Source: an uncultured bacterium
Lineage (GTDB): Bacteria; Hydrothermota; UBA3073; NMUJ01; CBEVQO01
Assembly: GCA_965552055.1 (NCBI GenBank)
Contig: CBEVQO010000005.1
Span: 13,373 to 77,372, forward strand
Reading direction: 5' to 3'
Length of the DNA stretch: 64,000 nucleotides
Part shown: piece after piece, positions 60,577 through 64,000 of the stretch
Layout of the letters: each line of letters begins with the position of its first letter
Position numbering within the stretch: the stretch's first letter is position 1
Notes under the pieces: model-generated
What the model saw: the letters and a program-made list of their open reading frames with translations, nothing else
Told to the model about the DNA's origin: nothing
Databases searched by the model: none
Translations under genes and position numbers: made by a program

Positions 60577-61997
60577 TGTTTTAATTTATGATATAAAGTG
60601 CGTACGGGAATACCGAGGCTTTCTGCTGCTTTCTTCTTATTACCACCAAATTCTTTAATCCTTTCGAGAATTACTTTTTTCTCAATTTCTTCGAGGGTTC
60701 TGGGTTTTAATTCTTTTTTCTCTTCCCATTGTATATGTTCGGGTTTTATAACTGTTCCCTGGCATAATAAAACGGCTTTTTGTATTATATTTTCAAGTTC
60801 TCTTACATTCCCGGGGTAATGCCATTCCATCAGTTTTTTGATGGCAGCATCGGATAAAACTAAATTTTCTTTTCCCCATTTTTTACCATATTTTTTAACA
60901 AAATAAGACGCCAAAGCGGGTATGTCTTCTTTTCTTTCCCTTAAAGGTGGAATTCTTATGGTTATAACATTCAGCCTGTAATAAAGGTCTTCTCTGAATC
61001 TTTTTTCTTTAATTTCTTCTTCGACATCTTTGTTAGTTGCGGATATTATTCTTACATTAACCTTTTTAATTTTTGTATCGCCCACTCTTCTTATTTCTCC
61101 AAGTTCTATTGCTCTTAGCAATTTTGCTTGAGTTTCTATTGGTATATCGCATACTTCATCCAAAAAGAGTGTTCCTTCGTGCGCTACTTCGAATAATCCT
61201 TTTTTATCTTCGTGTGCACCTGTAAAAGCTCCTTTTTTGTGTCCAAATAATTCTGATTCTATTAAAGTTTCGGGTAATCCGCCGCAATAAAGCGGTACAA
61301 ATTCTTTGTTCTTTCTCGCGCTGTTAAAATGAATTGCTCTTGCTACGAGTTCCTTTCCTGTTCCACTTTCGCCTAATATTAGCACAGGGCAGTCAACTGC
61401 TGCTGTTTTCTTGATAAGGTCAAAAATATGCTGCATCTTCTCACTTACTCCAATCAGGTCACCAAATTGGGTTATTCTTTTTAATCTTTCGTGTTCTTTT
61501 TTCAAAGAAGAATAAAGCAAAGCATTTTTAAGAGCTATCGAAACAATGTTTGTGAAAAGTTCGAGAAAGTTAAGAGTATCTTTTGTGAAAAGACCCGATT
61601 TAAGACTTGAATCAAGATAAATTATCCCTCTTAACTCTTCATCAATAAAAATCGGAGCAGATATTACAGATGAAATTGATTGGGTTAAAACGGTTTCTGA
61701 ATCTTTAAATCGTGGGTCTTCTCTTGCATTTACGGACAATATGGGTTTTCTTTCCTTTTCTACTTCCTTTATTATTTTTGTGGAAATATCTTCTGTTACA
61801 TCTTCTTTCTGTATGTTTCTTCCGATTTTGAATTCAAAAGGAGCATTTTTCTCTTCGCGTAAGAGGAAAAAACCCCTTTCAGCGCCCGTGTGTTCGAGAA
61901 GAACATCCATCACTCTGCGTAGCAATTCTTCTATGTCAAGTGTGGAGTTTAGAATCTGCGAAATCCTGTAAAGTGCTTCAAATTGATTCCGCATCAA
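60546..61997 (-). CDS. Sigma-54-dependent transcriptional activator (GAF sensor, AAA+ domain with GAFTGA, Fis-type HTH)
   Basis: Walker A GESGTGKELVARAIH, GAFTGA loop (KKGAFTGAHEDKKG), Walker B LFLDEV, arginine-finger region, C-terminal HTH GGNKKKAAESLGIPVRTLYHKLK; N-terminal GAF-like domain. Confidence 0.85.
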   Translation of the reverse strand: MMRNQFEALYRISQILNSTLDIEELLRRVMDVLLEHTGAERGFFLLREEKNAPFEFKIGRNIQKEDVTEDISTKIIKEVEKERKPILSVNAREDPRFKDSETVLTQSISSVISAPIFIDEELRGIIYLDSSLKSGLFTKDTLNFLELFTNIVSIALKNALLYSSLKKEHERLKRITQFGDLIGVSEKMQHIFDLIKKTAAVDCPVLILGESGTGKELVARAIHFNSARKNKEFVPLYCGGLPETLIESELFGHKKGAFTGAHEDKKGLFEVAHEGTLFLDEVCDIPIETQAKLLRAIELGEIRRVGDTKIKKVNVRIISATNKDVEEEIKEKRFREDLYYRLNVITIRIPPLRERKEDIPALASYFVKKYGKKWGKENLVLSDAAIKKLMEWHYPGNVRELENIIQKAVLLCQGTVIKPEHIQWEEKKELKPRTLEEIEKKVILERIKEFGGNKKKAAESLGIPVRTLYHKLKQWGISSVDLK

Positions 61998-62056
61998 TAA
62001 TTATAATGCATTTTACGAATTTGTCAATAATTTTCTACATTTATCAAATTTTATCC

Positions 62057-62083
62057 TTGACATTGTGACTTTTTCATTAAAAT
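62057..62083 (+). promoter_or_regulatory. sigma70-like promoter (TTGACA-N15-TAAAAT) for dxs; likely leaderless
   Basis: TTGACA 62057-62062, TAAAAT 62078-62083, ATG 62089 only ~6 nt after the -10. The ORF-track GTG start at 62065 lies inside the promoter spacer. Confidence 0.45.
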
Positions 62084-62088
62084 GTTTG

Positions 62089-63945
62089 ATGATAGAAAAG
62101 ATAAAATCTCCGGAGGATATAAAAAGATTATCCATTGGTGAACTTTATGAACTTGCTGGAGAAATAAGGAAAGTGATTATTGAAACTGTTGCGAAAAATG
62201 GGGGACATCTTGCACCGAATTTGGGAGCAGTTGAGCTGACGCTTGCACTCCATTATGTTTTTAACAGCCCAAAGGACAAGATAATATGGGATGTGGGTCA
62301 TCAGTGTTATACTCATAAATTGATAACAGGGAGGTATGGGGTTTTTCACACTTTAAGGCAATATGGTGGGATAAGTGGTTTTCCGAGGCTTGAAGAAAGT
62401 CCGCACGATGTTTTTGGTACAGGACATGCCAGCACTTCTATTTCTGCTGCTCTTGGCTTTGCCTGTGCTCGCGACATTAAAGGAGAAGATTATAAAGTAA
62501 TAGCCGTAATAGGTGATGGCGCCTTAACAGGGGGAATGGCATTCGAAGGTTTAAATAATGCAGCATATTTGAAGAAAAATTTGATAGTTGTTTTGAACGA
62601 TAATAAAATGTCAATATCAGAAAATGTCGGAGGCTTATCACAGTATTTACGAAAAATATCTCTGTCTCCTGTTTACAATGAATTGAAAAAAGATGTATGG
62701 GAGCTTCTTGGCAGGTTGCCCGATAATCTTGGTTCGAGGGCACGCGGTCTTGTACGCAAAATAAAAGAATCTTTAAAAAGTTTTATAGTGCCTACCGTTC
62801 TATTTGAAGAACTCGGTTTTCGTTATATAGGTCCTGTTGATGGTCATAATTTAAAGGTTTTGATCGATACTTTTGAAGCTGTGAAAAGGATGAAAGGTCC
62901 CATTTTAGTACATGTACTTACAGAGAAAGGAAGGGGCTACACTCCTGCGGAGAGAGCTCCATCGAAGTTCCATGGTATAGGTAAATTCGACCCAAGTACA
63001 GGTGAGCCTGTTTCATCTGGTAAATCTTATTCCCGGGTATTTGGAGAAAAGATGGTCGAGCTTGGTAAGAGATACAAGGACCTTGTTGCTATTACTGCTG
63101 CTATGGCGGAGGGCACGGGTCTAATTCTTTTTGCTCGAGAGTTTCCCGAAAGATTTTTCGATGTGGGGATATGTGAACAGCATGCTGTTACATTTGCAGC
63201 TGGACTTGCTTTACAGGGTCTCAGGGTAGTTTGTGCGATTTACTCTACATTTCTACAAAGGGCATTTGACCAGATAATACATGATGTATGTCTTCAAAAA
63301 ATACCCGTTGTGTTTTGTCTTGATAGAGCAGGGATTGTAGGTGAAGATGGTCCGACACATCACGGATGTTTTGATTTGTCGTATTTGCGTATGATTCCGA
63401 ATATAGTGGTTTGTGCACCGAAGGATGCACCTGAACTTTGTGCTATGCTAGATTTCGCAGTGGAATATAAAAAATCGGCAATAGCAATAAGGTATCCAAG
63501 AGATAGAGCCATAGAAATTGAGAAAACGCCAAAAGAAGTAAAATTAGGAAAATGGGAAATTTTAAAAGAGGGAAAAGAGGGTTATATAATCGCTGTTGGT
63601 AGCATGGTTGCAGAGGCATTGAAGGCTGTAGAAGATATTCCAGAATTTGGAGTTATAAATGCCCGTTTTGTAAAACCTCTGGATGAAGATATGCTTCTTG
63701 CTATTATAAATCGAGTGAAAAAGATAGTTACTTGTGAAGAAAATGTTTTACAGGGAGGATTTGGCAGTGCGGTTCTGGAATTCTATGAAGAAAAAGGGCT
63801 AAAAGCAGATGTTTTGCGAATAGGGATACCCGACAGATTTATAGAACATGGAGAGAGACATTTTCTACTCGAGAAATATGGCTTAAAGGCAAAGTGCATT
63901 CGTGAAAAAATTTTGAAGTATTTTGGAAGGAGGGGCAATGCGTAA
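62089..63945 (+). CDS. dxs: 1-deoxy-D-xylulose-5-phosphate synthase
   Basis: N-terminal GGHLAPNLGAVELTLALHYVFNSPKDKIIWDVGHQCYTHKLITGR, ThDP motif GDGALTGGMAFEGLNNA...NDN, transketolase-like C-terminal domains. Confidence 0.9.
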   Translation: MIEKIKSPEDIKRLSIGELYELAGEIRKVIIETVAKNGGHLAPNLGAVELTLALHYVFNSPKDKIIWDVGHQCYTHKLITGRYGVFHTLRQYGGISGFPRLEESPHDVFGTGHASTSISAALGFACARDIKGEDYKVIAVIGDGALTGGMAFEGLNNAAYLKKNLIVVLNDNKMSISENVGGLSQYLRKISLSPVYNELKKDVWELLGRLPDNLGSRARGLVRKIKESLKSFIVPTVLFEELGFRYIGPVDGHNLKVLIDTFEAVKRMKGPILVHVLTEKGRGYTPAERAPSKFHGIGKFDPSTGEPVSSGKSYSRVFGEKMVELGKRYKDLVAITAAMAEGTGLILFAREFPERFFDVGICEQHAVTFAAGLALQGLRVVCAIYSTFLQRAFDQIIHDVCLQKIPVVFCLDRAGIVGEDGPTHHGCFDLSYLRMIPNIVVCAPKDAPELCAMLDFAVEYKKSAIAIRYPRDRAIEIEKTPKEVKLGKWEILKEGKEGYIIAVGSMVAEALKAVEDIPEFGVINARFVKPLDEDMLLAIINRVKKIVTCEENVLQGGFGSAVLEFYEEKGLKADVLRIGIPDRFIEHGERHFLLEKYGLKAKCIREKILKYFGRRGNA

Positions 63946-64000
63946 GTATGTGTTTTTATTCTTATTTTCAGCAAATCTATTTGCAGAGACATTTGTGGTG
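63938..64000 (+). CDS. Start of a secreted/membrane protein gene (N-terminal 21 codons only; runs off window end)
   Basis: ATG at 63938 overlapping the dxs stop; MRKYVFLFLFSANLFAETFVV looks like a signal peptide. Too short to classify. Confidence 0.3.
   Translation, partial: MRKYVFLFLFSANLFAETFVV

Overview
This 64-kb window comes from an AT-rich bacterial genome whose rRNA genes are strongly GC-rich (thermophile-like), with sigma70-type TTGACA/TAnnnT promoters and several proteins ending in T9SS-type sorting domains (FCB-group-like). Everything here is manual reading of the sequence and ORF track; no searches were run, so family assignments are motif-based, and non-CDS coordinates are approximate (+/- a few nt). 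In order: (1) a minus-strand trio of RnfC-like FeS protein, GIY-YIG (DUF123-like) protein and a P-loop ATPase running off the window start; (2) a 10-gene minus-strand phosphate cluster (PhoB/PhoR-like pair, PHP phosphoesterase, small sigma factor, porin, pstSCAB, phoU); (3) a type II restriction-modification pair facing a Lon-like protease with a degenerate P-loop; (4) trpS co-transcribed with a Trp-rich membrane protein; (5) an rRNA operon 16S-tRNAIle-tRNAAla-23S with tandem promoters, no 5S and a large terminator; (6) envelope and metabolic genes (SLBB fragment, Wzz/Wzc-like, lytic transglycosylase, deoB, QueG-like, frameshifted 5-FCL-like gene, CHASE2 cyclase, DsbD-like, MFS, ddl, aminotransferase); (7) three consecutive T9SS-cargo genes including a 2737-aa modular surface protein, followed by a Pus10-like gene; (8) EnvC-like M23 protein, sigma factor, HtrA, acyltransferase, another T9SS cargo, and a sigma-54 activator / Ser-Thr kinase / membrane protein operon, then dxs. 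The most unusual signals are a GC/G-tract-rich intergenic repeat found four times just upstream of promoters, an identical promoter block driving both the Pho cluster and the RnfC/GIY-YIG/ATPase trio, and a GIY-YIG gene with no canonical start codon. No single candidate clearly stands out as a new system; the candidates are listed as findings with their uncertainty.
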